From: an uncultured Thermoplasmatales archaeon
GTDB taxonomy: Archaea > Thermoplasmatota > E2 > DHVEG-1
Direction: 5' to 3'
DNA: 64,000 nt
NCBI GenBank assembly: GCA_964518165.1
Contig: CAZFFN010000126.1
Location: forward strand, 11,275 to 75,274
The notes beneath the pieces were generated by a model that saw only the letters and a program-made list of their open reading frames with translations, did no database searches and was not told the DNA's origin. A program made the position numbers and the translations under genes. This document shows, piece by piece, positions 19,394 through 27,948 of the stretch (positions are counted from its first letter, which is position 1; each line of letters begins with the position of its first letter).

Positions 19394-20170
19394 ATGACAA
19401 AAGTAACCCTTGATATGAGCAGTTTCAAAGCACTTGCTTCAGATACAAGATTAAATATTTTAAAGTCCTTAGATGGAAAAAAGATGAATCTAAAGGACAT
19501 ATCTAAAGAAACTGAACTAAACAAGGCAACTCTCCATGAACATCTAAATAAACTATCTGAAGCCGGGCTTGTAAAAAGAATTGAAAGAAAAGGCCATAAA
19601 TGGGTTTATTACAAACTTACCTGGAAAGGAGAAGGGCTACTTCATCCAGAAAACACTAGAATTGTAGTGCTTTTTTCTTTAACTTTTGTTGCTCTTGCAG
19701 CAGGAATAGTTCAATTTATTAGATATCTGACTGTGAAAGTTTCTAATACAATTCCAAGGAATCTTAATGACGTTGGTTATGGAATTAGAGAAGGAACTGA
19801 TACTCTATTTAAAAGTGCAAATGTAACTGATTCAAATAACGCCATATATATAGCAACCGATAGTGTTAATGAATCATTACCTGGAACAGTGGATTTATTT
19901 CTTTCTAGGGGATTTGCTAATTCAAACCAATCAATACTACCTTTTATAAAAGATAAAATCCCTTATAATTGGAATTTAACTACAAATCATACTGTTAATA
20001 CAACCACACCAAAAATAGATACTGGAGCAAATTTAGCTGCAGAACAAACAACTAATTTTACAAGCGATCCATTGTTGCTATATATTGCAATAGGATGTTT
20101 CATTCTATTTGCATCTATCTTATGCATTTCAATTTGGAGATACAAAAAGAACAAAACTCCAAAACTCTAA
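19394..20170 (+). CDS. Membrane-embedded ArsR/SmtB-type winged-helix transcription regulator (HTH-TM-extracellular NxS/T-rich region-TM)
   Basis: The N-terminal FKALASDTRLNILKSLDGKKMNLKDISKETELNKATLHEHLNKLSEAGLV is an ArsR-family HTH. A TM helix follows, then an approximately 120-aa N/T/S-rich segment with many N-x-S/T sequons, a C-terminal TM and a KKNK tail. Confidence 0.65.
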   Translation: MTKVTLDMSSFKALASDTRLNILKSLDGKKMNLKDISKETELNKATLHEHLNKLSEAGLVKRIERKGHKWVYYKLTWKGEGLLHPENTRIVVLFSLTFVALAAGIVQFIRYLTVKVSNTIPRNLNDVGYGIREGTDTLFKSANVTDSNNAIYIATDSVNESLPGTVDLFLSRGFANSNQSILPFIKDKIPYNWNLTTNHTVNTTTPKIDTGANLAAEQTTNFTSDPLLLYIAIGCFILFASILCISIWRYKKNKTPKL

Positions 20171-20454
20171 TGCCTCCCGTAAATATTCTATATAATACTT
20201 ACTTTCTGATTAATTTGGTTTTAATACTTTTTCTAAATCTTCTTCTTCAATAAAATCAAATAATGTTTTTTGCATCCGCATCACCAACTACATGTATATA
20301 ATAAGTATTTAAAAATGTTTTTCCATAATTTTTAGGAAAATCAGTATTTTATAAAATTATCAAATATTTTTTATTTTTGATATTTTTATATTCCAAAATA
20401 TTAAAATATATATATTTTGATTACAAATTATAATGTGGAGTTGGGGGAATAAAC

Positions 20455-22146
20455 GTGAGACATAAATTTTTTGATGTAAAAAAAGGTGTTTTTTTTGTAG
20501 TGAGTATATTGTTTTTGATGAATATTTTTATGCCGGTTACAAATAGCATAAAATTAAATTCAAGTTCAAATAATAAAGATTTTTCAATAATTATTCACAA
20601 AATATTTCAAGATGATGAAATTGATCCCTTTCCCCATTTAGAAGGCGGAGATTGGAAACTATCTATATATGTAAATGATGAAAAAAGAACTTTAGAATGC
20701 TCAGGGAAAGAAGTAATACTTGATAAAATACTTGTTTGGGAAGATATCATTCAAGAGAATATGAAATTTTTAGAGATAAGATTTGAACTTTTAGATTTAG
20801 ATTCTGGTGTTTGGCCTGATGAACATGATATTGCAGATATTAGCGCATATGCTGATGAAAACTATTATGATGGCAAATATGATGATACAGAAGATTTTGA
20901 AAATAATAGACCTGCTGTTTTTAAAAGATATTACAATCTTGTAAGCGAGAAATGGGAGGAAGTAGACAATAATAATGATTACTTACAAGAGGTGCAAGAA
21001 TCATATTTAACATGGTTTCTTACTAGTGGTAATTTTGATGGGAGTACTACAACAGATGAAAACGATGTTTCAATTTGGTTTGATATATCAATTGGGAACT
21101 CTGCTCCATTTCCACCAGAAACACCATCGGGGCCTACCTCTGGATGGGTAGATCAGATTTATTTGTACACTACAAAAACCAATGATCCAGATAATGATAA
21201 AATAAAATATGGATGGGATTGGGATGGAGATGATGAAATTGATCAAATAACTGATTTTTTTGACCCTTGGGAATCTGCTGATGTTTATCATGGATGGTCC
21301 ACTGGTAAAATCAACTATGTTAAAGTCTGTGCAATAGATGAAAAAGGTGCGGTAAGTGAATGGTCCAATGAATTAAAGGTAGAAATTAATGGACCATATG
21401 GCAAAAGTGGATTTGAACTTGAAGAATGGTCATTAGGAGAAATATATTGTGTATATCTTGATCATTATGAAACAACTGAACTATTAGATATATTAAGAGG
21501 CGGTGGAAATATTGTTACTGCCGCTGCAGGGTTGATTTCGGCTATTGCAACTGCTGCCGGGGTTCCACTAGACATAAGCATTTCTATTGCAATAGTAACT
21601 GGAATTTTGAGGCTTGGAGTTGAAGTTATCAACCTTATGGATAGAGGTATGGGTATTTATGTAAAAACGTATATTGTAATGCTTGAAGGTGTTCCACTTT
21701 CATATTTTTCAGTAATGTGGTCTCAGTCTTTAGGGGATGATGCGTGGAGTATACCTGATGGGAATCAAGCTCCAAATACACCTAATAAACCCATTGGCGA
21801 AATAAAATGTAAAAAGGGTAAATCGTATACTTTTACTAGTGTTTCTGATGATCCAAATGATGATAAAATTGCTTATGTTTTCGAATGGGGCGATGGAACC
21901 TATAGTTGTGTTGATTATAATAATTCAGGTGAATCAGTTAGTCAAAAACATAATTGGTCTGAAATAGGAGAATATAATATTCGAGTGAAAGCAATTGATA
22001 TTTATGGTTATGAAAGCAAGTGGTCTGAACCATTAAACATTGAAATTAATAAAAAGAGTAAGATCAAATTCTTTTTGAAATTAGAAAATTTTTATGAGGT
22101 ATTTAAAAATGTTTTTGGAAAAGAAATTTGTAGAGAGGTGATATAA
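20455..22146 (+). CDS. Secreted protein with two PKD-like modules (GTG start)
   Basis: GTG start with GGGGG 7 nt upstream. Signal peptide, two approximately 90-aa modules (DPDNDKIKYGWDWDGD...; DPNDDKIAYVFEWGDG...HNWSEIGEYNIRVKAIDIYGYESKWSEP), and an internal Gly/Ala-rich hydrophobic stretch. Confidence 0.7.
   Translation: MRHKFFDVKKGVFFVVSILFLMNIFMPVTNSIKLNSSSNNKDFSIIIHKIFQDDEIDPFPHLEGGDWKLSIYVNDEKRTLECSGKEVILDKILVWEDIIQENMKFLEIRFELLDLDSGVWPDEHDIADISAYADENYYDGKYDDTEDFENNRPAVFKRYYNLVSEKWEEVDNNNDYLQEVQESYLTWFLTSGNFDGSTTTDENDVSIWFDISIGNSAPFPPETPSGPTSGWVDQIYLYTTKTNDPDNDKIKYGWDWDGDDEIDQITDFFDPWESADVYHGWSTGKINYVKVCAIDEKGAVSEWSNELKVEINGPYGKSGFELEEWSLGEIYCVYLDHYETTELLDILRGGGNIVTAAAGLISAIATAAGVPLDISISIAIVTGILRLGVEVINLMDRGMGIYVKTYIVMLEGVPLSYFSVMWSQSLGDDAWSIPDGNQAPNTPNKPIGEIKCKKGKSYTFTSVSDDPNDDKIAYVFEWGDGTYSCVDYNNSGESVSQKHNWSEIGEYNIRVKAIDIYGYESKWSEPLNIEINKKSKIKFFLKLENFYEVFKNVFGKEICREVI
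21112..21390 (+). repeat. PKD-like protein module copy 1 (in gene 20455..22146)
   Basis: Protein-level repeat DP-x-x-D-x-I-x-Y-x-[WF]-[DE]-W-[GND]-D... ...V-[KR]-[VA]-[KC]-A-x-D-x-x-G-x-x-S-x-W-S. Confidence 0.6.
21766..22047 (+). repeat. PKD-like protein module copy 2 (in gene 20455..22146)
   Basis: Same motif set: YVFEWGDGTY ... NIRVKAIDIYGYESKWSEPLNI. Confidence 0.6.
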
Positions 22147-22176
22147 ATTAAAAAAAATTTTTTAATCATATTTTTA

Positions 22177-23721
22177 ATGATTTTTTGTTTGGTTGGGAGT
22201 ATATATGCTGGTGCAATAAAAATAGATAAAGAAAATAATGAAATTCTAAATAAAACAATTAATGCTAATTCTTCCTGGACTTTAATGATTTATTTGGATG
22301 GTGATAATAATCTTGAAAGCAGTGCAATAGATGATTTTTTAGAAATGTCTGCTGTAGGATCTACTGAAAATGTTAATATTGTAGTCCAGTTTGATAGGGT
22401 TGATGGGTATGATTACTCGTTTGGGGATTGGACTAGTTGTAAAAGATTCCATATTTTAAAAGATATGGTTCCAACTCCAGAAAATGCTATAATGGATATC
22501 GGGGAAGCAAATATGGGTGACCCTCAAGAACTTATAGATTTTGCAACCTGGTCAATGAGTAATTTTCCAGCTGAAAAATATTGTTTAATTCTTTGGGATC
22601 ATGGATCAGGTTGGAAACTATCTAATAAAAATGGGAGAAAAGATATTTGTGAAGATATTACTAATTATGATGTTCTAAAATTATATGAGTTAAAAAATGC
22701 TCTATCAGAGATTACATCTGATTCTTCATTTAAGATTGACTTACTAGGCTTTGATGCTTGTTTGATGGGTGAAATTGAAGTTGCTTACGAATTAAAAAAT
22801 TTTTGTAATTTCTTTACTGCTTCAGAAAATACAGAGCCTGCAGACGGATGGAATTATGAAGATTCTTTAGCTGATTTAATTGATAATTATGAAAACACAG
22901 ATGGTGAAAAACTTGGCGAATATTTTGTAACACATTATGAAGGGTATCAGATTACATTATCAACAATAGATGTTTCAAATTTGAATGCGTTAACAGATGC
23001 TATCAGTAATCTTGCTTCAGCTTTATCTTCTTCAGAATATATAGATAAAGTTCTAAATGTTTTTAGTAATGTTGAAAAATATATGGAATCTTGTGATATA
23101 TATCATTTTGCTCAGTTGATATCTGAAAATATTTATGATTATGCAATTCAACAATATTCTGAGGAGGTAAAAAATGAAATCGAATACACGGTTACTTCTG
23201 AAAAACATGATAGTTATAATGAAAATTCACATGGGCTTTCGATATATTTACCTGATTGTACATATGATCACGAATATGATAGTTTGGATTTTTCAACTAA
23301 TGGTTTGTGGGATGATTTTTTAATCTATATTTTTGAAGGTGCTACTTCAAGTAATCCACCAACTATACCCATTATAAATGGCATAAGTGAAGGAGAAGCA
23401 GGTACGACACATCGTTATACTTTTCAGTCATCTGATCCAGAAGGAGATGATATATATTATGTAATTGACTGGAATGATGGATCTCAACATGAAATAATTG
23501 GTCCAAAAGCAACAGGTGTTGAGATAGAAGCATATCATGTTTGGTATGACCAAGGAGGATATGTTTTACGAGCTAAAGCAGTTGATTCAAATGGAGCTGC
23601 TAGTTCATGGAGTACCTTTAATATAATGATGCCCAGGATAAAAAATAGTTTCAGAGATAGTTTGAAATTACCTTTCTTAAGAAATATATTTGAGATTTTT
23701 AATATTGGAGAGGATTTTTAA
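22177..23721 (+). CDS. Clostripain-family (C11, clan CD) cysteine peptidase with a C-terminal PKD-like module
   Basis: WTLMIYLDGDNNLE N-terminal motif, LILWDHGSGW (His-Gly) and LLGFDACLMG (Asp-Ala-Cys). The C-terminal module is DPEGDDIYYVIDWNDGS...YVLRAKAVDSNGAASSWS. Confidence 0.8.
   Translation: MIFCLVGSIYAGAIKIDKENNEILNKTINANSSWTLMIYLDGDNNLESSAIDDFLEMSAVGSTENVNIVVQFDRVDGYDYSFGDWTSCKRFHILKDMVPTPENAIMDIGEANMGDPQELIDFATWSMSNFPAEKYCLILWDHGSGWKLSNKNGRKDICEDITNYDVLKLYELKNALSEITSDSSFKIDLLGFDACLMGEIEVAYELKNFCNFFTASENTEPADGWNYEDSLADLIDNYENTDGEKLGEYFVTHYEGYQITLSTIDVSNLNALTDAISNLASALSSSEYIDKVLNVFSNVEKYMESCDIYHFAQLISENIYDYAIQQYSEEVKNEIEYTVTSEKHDSYNENSHGLSIYLPDCTYDHEYDSLDFSTNGLWDDFLIYIFEGATSSNPPTIPIINGISEGEAGTTHRYTFQSSDPEGDDIYYVIDWNDGSQHEIIGPKATGVEIEAYHVWYDQGGYVLRAKAVDSNGAASSWSTFNIMMPRIKNSFRDSLKLPFLRNIFEIFNIGEDF
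23350..23634 (+). repeat. PKD-like protein module (in C11 peptidase gene)
   Basis: YYVIDWNDGSQ ... YVLRAKAVDSNGAASSWSTFNI. Confidence 0.6.
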
Positions 23722-23723
23722 AA

Positions 23724-25865
23724 ATGTTAAAAAATAAATTTATTAGTTTATCAATTATTTTTTTATTTATTTTTTCTAGTTTTGCGGGTGCCATTTGTAT
23801 TAGTAACAAAAGCAATATAAAAAAAGAAAATGAAAGATATACTTCTCTTTCTAAAGGAATTGGCGGTTGGCACTCTGAAGAAAGTCTTCAGGTTGATGGT
23901 AAAAATTTTGAAGATGTCGAAAAGATTGGTGGTAATGGAGGCGGTTGGGAAAGCCCTTATGAAACAAATTCTATTAGAATATGGGCAGAGGAAAATCGTG
24001 TTAGAGCAAAATATCTTTTTGATATTGATGAAGGGCCAGTTAAATATTTAAAATATGATATTTTGTATAAAGATGTAGGATGGTTTTCAGATGGCCCTGA
24101 TGCATTAGTTTATAACTGGGATGATACTTGGGGTTCCTATTCAAATATTGGTGGAGCTGGTGAAGATAATGATAATTATGAATGGGAAACTCATACCTTT
24201 ACAACTAATTCAGATAAATATGTAAATAGTAAAGGAGAAATACTTGTTGGAGCACAAGCATATGATGATTCTTCAGTTTTTCACCAAGATGATTTAGCTA
24301 TAAAGATAATGAAAATTTCCTATAAAGCTGCAGATGAAGAAATTTTTAATGTTGAATATCAACCATATGATTCAAATGATGATGGTGCAAAAGATAGCAT
24401 TAAAGCTAAAATTGATGCGGATGTTGGAAATGATGGAGATGGAACTTCAGTTAATGTTAAAGCTATTTGTTATCTAAAAGATCCCTCCGGTAACATTATT
24501 GATTCAAATCAAAAAACATGGTTAATAACCGATCATCAAGTTGAATATGGAATAATTAATACAAGTTCGCTTGGCGGAAATAATGGAATGTATAGTTTAG
24601 AAATCAAGTTAATTGATGAATATGGAAATTTAGAAGATGAAACTTCTAAATCTATTTATCTTGTCCCCGATCCAAAAAGAACTGTTGATTTTTATGTATC
24701 ACCTATTGAAGGTGGGTCGATACTTCTTGAGCAAAGTACATACTATGATAATGAGTCAACGCTTCTATCAAATAAAGAATATGATATTTCAGCTTTATCA
24801 GAAGAATATTACGCGTTTGACAAATGGGAATGTACTGGTGGCGTTTCAGTTGAACATTACAATTCTAAAGATACAAAAATGACTGTAAACAATAATGGGA
24901 GTATAAAAGCAGTTTTTACATTTGAATTTAATACATTATACTTTTTTGTTCAACCAGACTTTTCAGGATATATTAAAGTTGAAGATAATGATTTTACTAA
25001 TAATTCAGGATGCTATATTGATTCTGGAAAATATTCTCTAGAAGCTGTATCAACTGATGATTCATACTATTTTTCCGAGTGGTATGTTGAAGGAGATATC
25101 AGTGTTGAAGATGAATATATTTCTCAAACAGTATTAGATGTGTTTGGTGATGGAATACTCTTAGCAATTTTCAATGAAAATAATCCGCCTAATAAACCAG
25201 AACTTCCTGACGGGGCTCTTTCCGGGGCAATATATGAAAGTTATTCTTATTCAACTAAAACAACTGACTCTAATAAAGATCAAATATATTATTTATTTGA
25301 CTGGAATGATGGCACAGATAGTGGCTGGCTTGGACCTTATGAATCCGATGAAAAATGTACTGCAGCTCATAGTTGGGGAGGGTCTAGAACGTATCAAGTG
25401 AGAGTAAAGGCTAAGGATAGTCATGGTTCAGAAAGTGAATGGTCTGATCCTATTTCGGTTGGAATTTTCAGCCCTCCTTCTTCTCCAAAAATAAAGGGTC
25501 CAACACATGGAGAAATCAAAAAAGAATATGATTTTACGTTTAGTTCTACGGATCCAGATAGCGATGATGTATATTTCTATATAGAATGGGGGGATAATAA
25601 CATTGAAGATTGGGTGGGCCCCTACAATTCTGGCGAAGAGGTAACAATATCACATTCATTTAGAAGAAAAGGCACTTTTACAATAAAAGCACTTGCAAAA
25701 GATGAAAACGAGGTTGTAAGCCAATCATGGGGGATGCTAGTTATTGATTGTCCAAAAACAAAAAAATATAATTTTAATTTTCTGGATTTTTTAATAGAAA
25801 AATCTATATTCATAAGATTGGTTGAAAAAATACAATTCCTATCTTTGTTTGATTTTTTAAATTGA
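23724..25865 (+). CDS. Secreted protein with Ig-like/InlB-B-like repeats and two C-terminal PKD-like modules
   Basis: Signal peptide MLKNKFISLSIIFLFIFSSFAGA. Modules are DSNKDQIYYLFDWNDGT...YQVRVKAKDSHGSESEWSDP and DPDSDDVYFYIEWGDNN...FTIKALAKDENEVVSQSW. It starts 3 nt after the upstream gene. Confidence 0.7.
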   Translation: MLKNKFISLSIIFLFIFSSFAGAICISNKSNIKKENERYTSLSKGIGGWHSEESLQVDGKNFEDVEKIGGNGGGWESPYETNSIRIWAEENRVRAKYLFDIDEGPVKYLKYDILYKDVGWFSDGPDALVYNWDDTWGSYSNIGGAGEDNDNYEWETHTFTTNSDKYVNSKGEILVGAQAYDDSSVFHQDDLAIKIMKISYKAADEEIFNVEYQPYDSNDDGAKDSIKAKIDADVGNDGDGTSVNVKAICYLKDPSGNIIDSNQKTWLITDHQVEYGIINTSSLGGNNGMYSLEIKLIDEYGNLEDETSKSIYLVPDPKRTVDFYVSPIEGGSILLEQSTYYDNESTLLSNKEYDISALSEEYYAFDKWECTGGVSVEHYNSKDTKMTVNNNGSIKAVFTFEFNTLYFFVQPDFSGYIKVEDNDFTNNSGCYIDSGKYSLEAVSTDDSYYFSEWYVEGDISVEDEYISQTVLDVFGDGILLAIFNENNPPNKPELPDGALSGAIYESYSYSTKTTDSNKDQIYYLFDWNDGTDSGWLGPYESDEKCTAAHSWGGSRTYQVRVKAKDSHGSESEWSDPISVGIFSPPSSPKIKGPTHGEIKKEYDFTFSSTDPDSDDVYFYIEWGDNNIEDWVGPYNSGEEVTISHSFRRKGTFTIKALAKDENEVVSQSWGMLVIDCPKTKKYNFNFLDFLIEKSIFIRLVEKIQFLSLFDFLN
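25179..25465 (+). repeat. PKD-like protein module copy 1 (in gene 23724..25865)
   Basis: YYLFDWNDGT ... YQVRVKAKDSHGSESEWSDPISV. Confidence 0.6.
25469..25750 (+). repeat. PKD-like protein module copy 2 (in gene 23724..25865)
   Basis: YFYIEWGDNN ... FTIKALAKDENEVVSQSWGML. Confidence 0.55.
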
Positions 25866-25988
25866 ACAAAAACAACCTAATTTTTTTATTTTTTTACTAT
25901 TTTTTCATGTAAATCCTACAAAAACCTAATAATATACCAAAAAACTTTTATAACAAGAAAAAAATATTATAGATTCAAAGTAATTTAT

Positions 25989-26003
25989 ATTGTGAGATTA
26001 TGA
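25989..26003 (+). promoter_or_regulatory. ATTGTGAGA-TTATGA motif upstream of TFB copy 1 (shared with the TFB copy 2 start region)
   Basis: The same ATTGTGAGA ... GATTATGA spans the ATG of TFB copy 2 (30020..30040). Here it initiates a 14-codon uORF (26000..26044) encoding MINKNYFNNIQTVT, similar to the TFB2 N-terminus [11 protein letters not shown]. Confidence 0.45.
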
Positions 26004-26101
26004 TTAATAAAAATTATTTCAATAATATTCAGACAGTGACCTAGAAGATATAATTTGAAATAAAGTTTTTTTGGTTATAAAATATAATATGAGGGTTAAA
26101 G

Positions 26102-27037
26102 TTGAATAAAAAAGACAAACAGAAAATCGAATATAAAACAAAGTGTCCTGAATGCGGCAGTATAAACCTTGCAAAAAATTATAGTAGGGGTGAAATTGTT
26201 TGTGAAGATTGCGGTCTTGTGGTAACCGAAGACTTAGCAGATCATGGTCCAGAGTGGCGTGCTTTTGATAGTGAACAACATAAAAAGAAAGCAAGAGCAG
26301 GACCACCAATGAAATATACCATACATGATAAAGGATTAAGCACAGCTATAAGCTGGAAAAATAGAGATGCATATGGTAGATCAATCCCTACAAAAAACAG
26401 AGGGCAAATTTACAGACTTAGAAAATGGCAGAGAAGGACAAGAATAAGTAGCGCATCTGAAAGAAGTCTTGCTGAGGCTTTTTCTGTTCTAAGTAGAATT
26501 TCATCTAGAATGAATCTACCTAGAAGCATTAGAGAAAGAGCAGGAATGCTTTACAGGCAAGCAGCTAAAAAGAACTTAATTAGGGGTAGAAGTGTAGAAA
26601 TCGTAGTTGTAGCAACAATATATGCGGCCTGTAGGCTAGCAGGTATGCCAAGAACACTTGACGAGATTAGTAGTATAACCAGCATTTCTAGAAGAGATAT
26701 TGGTAGAACATATAGATTTGTAGTCAGAGAACTCAAGCTTAAAATGGCTGTTCCTTCACCACTTGATTATATTACTAGATTTATAGGGGATTTAAATCTC
26801 AGCCAGAAAGTAAAAAAGAAATCCGTAGATATTTTAAATCTAGCTATCGAAAAAGAATTAACTAGTGGTAGAGGCCCGGTTGGTGTTGCAGCTGCATCGA
26901 TATATATTGCTTCAGTTATATCTGGTGAAAGAAGAACTCAAAAAGAAATATCTGATGTAGCAAGAGTTACAGAAGTTACAATAAGAAACAGATACAAGGA
27001 ATTAGCTAGAAAACTGGACATACGAATGGAAATCTAA
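26102..27037 (+). CDS. tfb: Transcription initiation factor IIB (TFB), copy 1, TTG start
   Basis: 311 aa with a Zn ribbon (CPECGS...CEDCG), B-finger/linker and two cyclin folds. No in-frame ATG precedes the Zn ribbon. The TTG start makes its N-terminal length equal to TFB copy 2, and GAGGG lies 6 nt upstream. Confidence 0.85.
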   Translation: MNKKDKQKIEYKTKCPECGSINLAKNYSRGEIVCEDCGLVVTEDLADHGPEWRAFDSEQHKKKARAGPPMKYTIHDKGLSTAISWKNRDAYGRSIPTKNRGQIYRLRKWQRRTRISSASERSLAEAFSVLSRISSRMNLPRSIRERAGMLYRQAAKKNLIRGRSVEIVVVATIYAACRLAGMPRTLDEISSITSISRRDIGRTYRFVVRELKLKMAVPSPLDYITRFIGDLNLSQKVKKKSVDILNLAIEKELTSGRGPVGVAAASIYIASVISGERRTQKEISDVARVTEVTIRNRYKELARKLDIRMEI

Positions 27038-27092
27038 ATTTTTTATTTTTTTGTATAATTTTATTAAACAATCTTTCTTTTTTATTATTAAC

Positions 27093-27872
27093 ATGAAAAA
27101 AATTGTTTATACTGATTTAGATGGGACAATTCTTAATCATGATAATTATTCATTTGAAGAATCTAAACCTGGTATTGATCTTTTAAAAAATATAAATGTT
27201 CCTTTGGTTTTTTGTACTAGTAAAACTAGATTTGAAATAGAATTATACCGCAAAAAACTAGATAATACACACCCTTTTATTTCTGAAAATGGTGGAGCAA
27301 TATTCATTAAAAAAGATTATTTTTCATTTGAATTCAAGTATGATAAAATCATTGATGAATATAAATCAATAATTCTAGGTGAGAAATATGATTATCTATT
27401 AAAAATATTGGATAAGTTAAAACAAGACTTTAGAATTAGATCTTTTATTGATATGAACCTTGAAGAAATTGCAAAATCATCTAATTTAAGTTTGAATGAA
27501 GCAGCACTTGCTAAAAAAAGAGAATTTGAAATTCCATTTAAATTAGTTGATAAAAAAGATGAAAAAAGGCTTTTAGAGAAAATTGAAAAATTAGGACTAA
27601 AATGTATGATAGGCGGAAGATATTATCACCTAGCAAAAAATAACAGCAAAGGTAAAGCTGTAAAAATTTTAAATGAACTATATAAGAAAAAATATGGGGA
27701 AATATATTCATATGGATTTGGAGATTCACATAATGATTTTACTATGCTTGATAATGTAGATGAGGGATATTTAGTAAAGAAAAAAGATAACACTTATTGT
27801 TCTAAAAAATATAATCTTGCTCCAGATATAGGGCCAATTGGATGGAATAAAGTCATACAAAATTTGTTTTAA
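27093..27872 (+). CDS. HAD-IIB family phosphatase (mannosyl-/glucosyl-3-phosphoglycerate phosphatase-like)
   Basis: MKKIVYTDLDGTIL (DxD motif I), FCTSKT (motif II) and a GDSHNDFTML-type motif IV. Start is placed at ATG 27093 rather than the track's 27051. Confidence 0.65.
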   Translation: MKKIVYTDLDGTILNHDNYSFEESKPGIDLLKNINVPLVFCTSKTRFEIELYRKKLDNTHPFISENGGAIFIKKDYFSFEFKYDKIIDEYKSIILGEKYDYLLKILDKLKQDFRIRSFIDMNLEEIAKSSNLSLNEAALAKKREFEIPFKLVDKKDEKRLLEKIEKLGLKCMIGGRYYHLAKNNSKGKAVKILNELYKKKYGEIYSYGFGDSHNDFTMLDNVDEGYLVKKKDNTYCSKKYNLAPDIGPIGWNKVIQNLF

Positions 27873-27948
27873 ACAAGATAATTTCTAATATAAAGGACAA
27901 ACTTTAAAAGAATGTCTAATTATTTAACTTTGTTTATTAGGGGAGATT

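Noticed and set aside
20220-20290. 21-aa minus-strand ORF (MQKTLFDFIEEEDLEKVLKPN) with GGTGA upstream, in the leader region of the PKD cluster
   Set aside because: Too short and unconserved to call. It could equally be chance in the 285-nt promoter region, so it is not reported as a feature.
27051-27092. Upstream start for the HAD phosphatase (MYNFIKQSFFFIIN...)
   Set aside because: The HAD motif I (DxDGT) must sit near the N-terminus. MKKIVYTDLDGT from ATG 27093 is the conventional arrangement, and the extension is Phe/Ile-rich AT translation.
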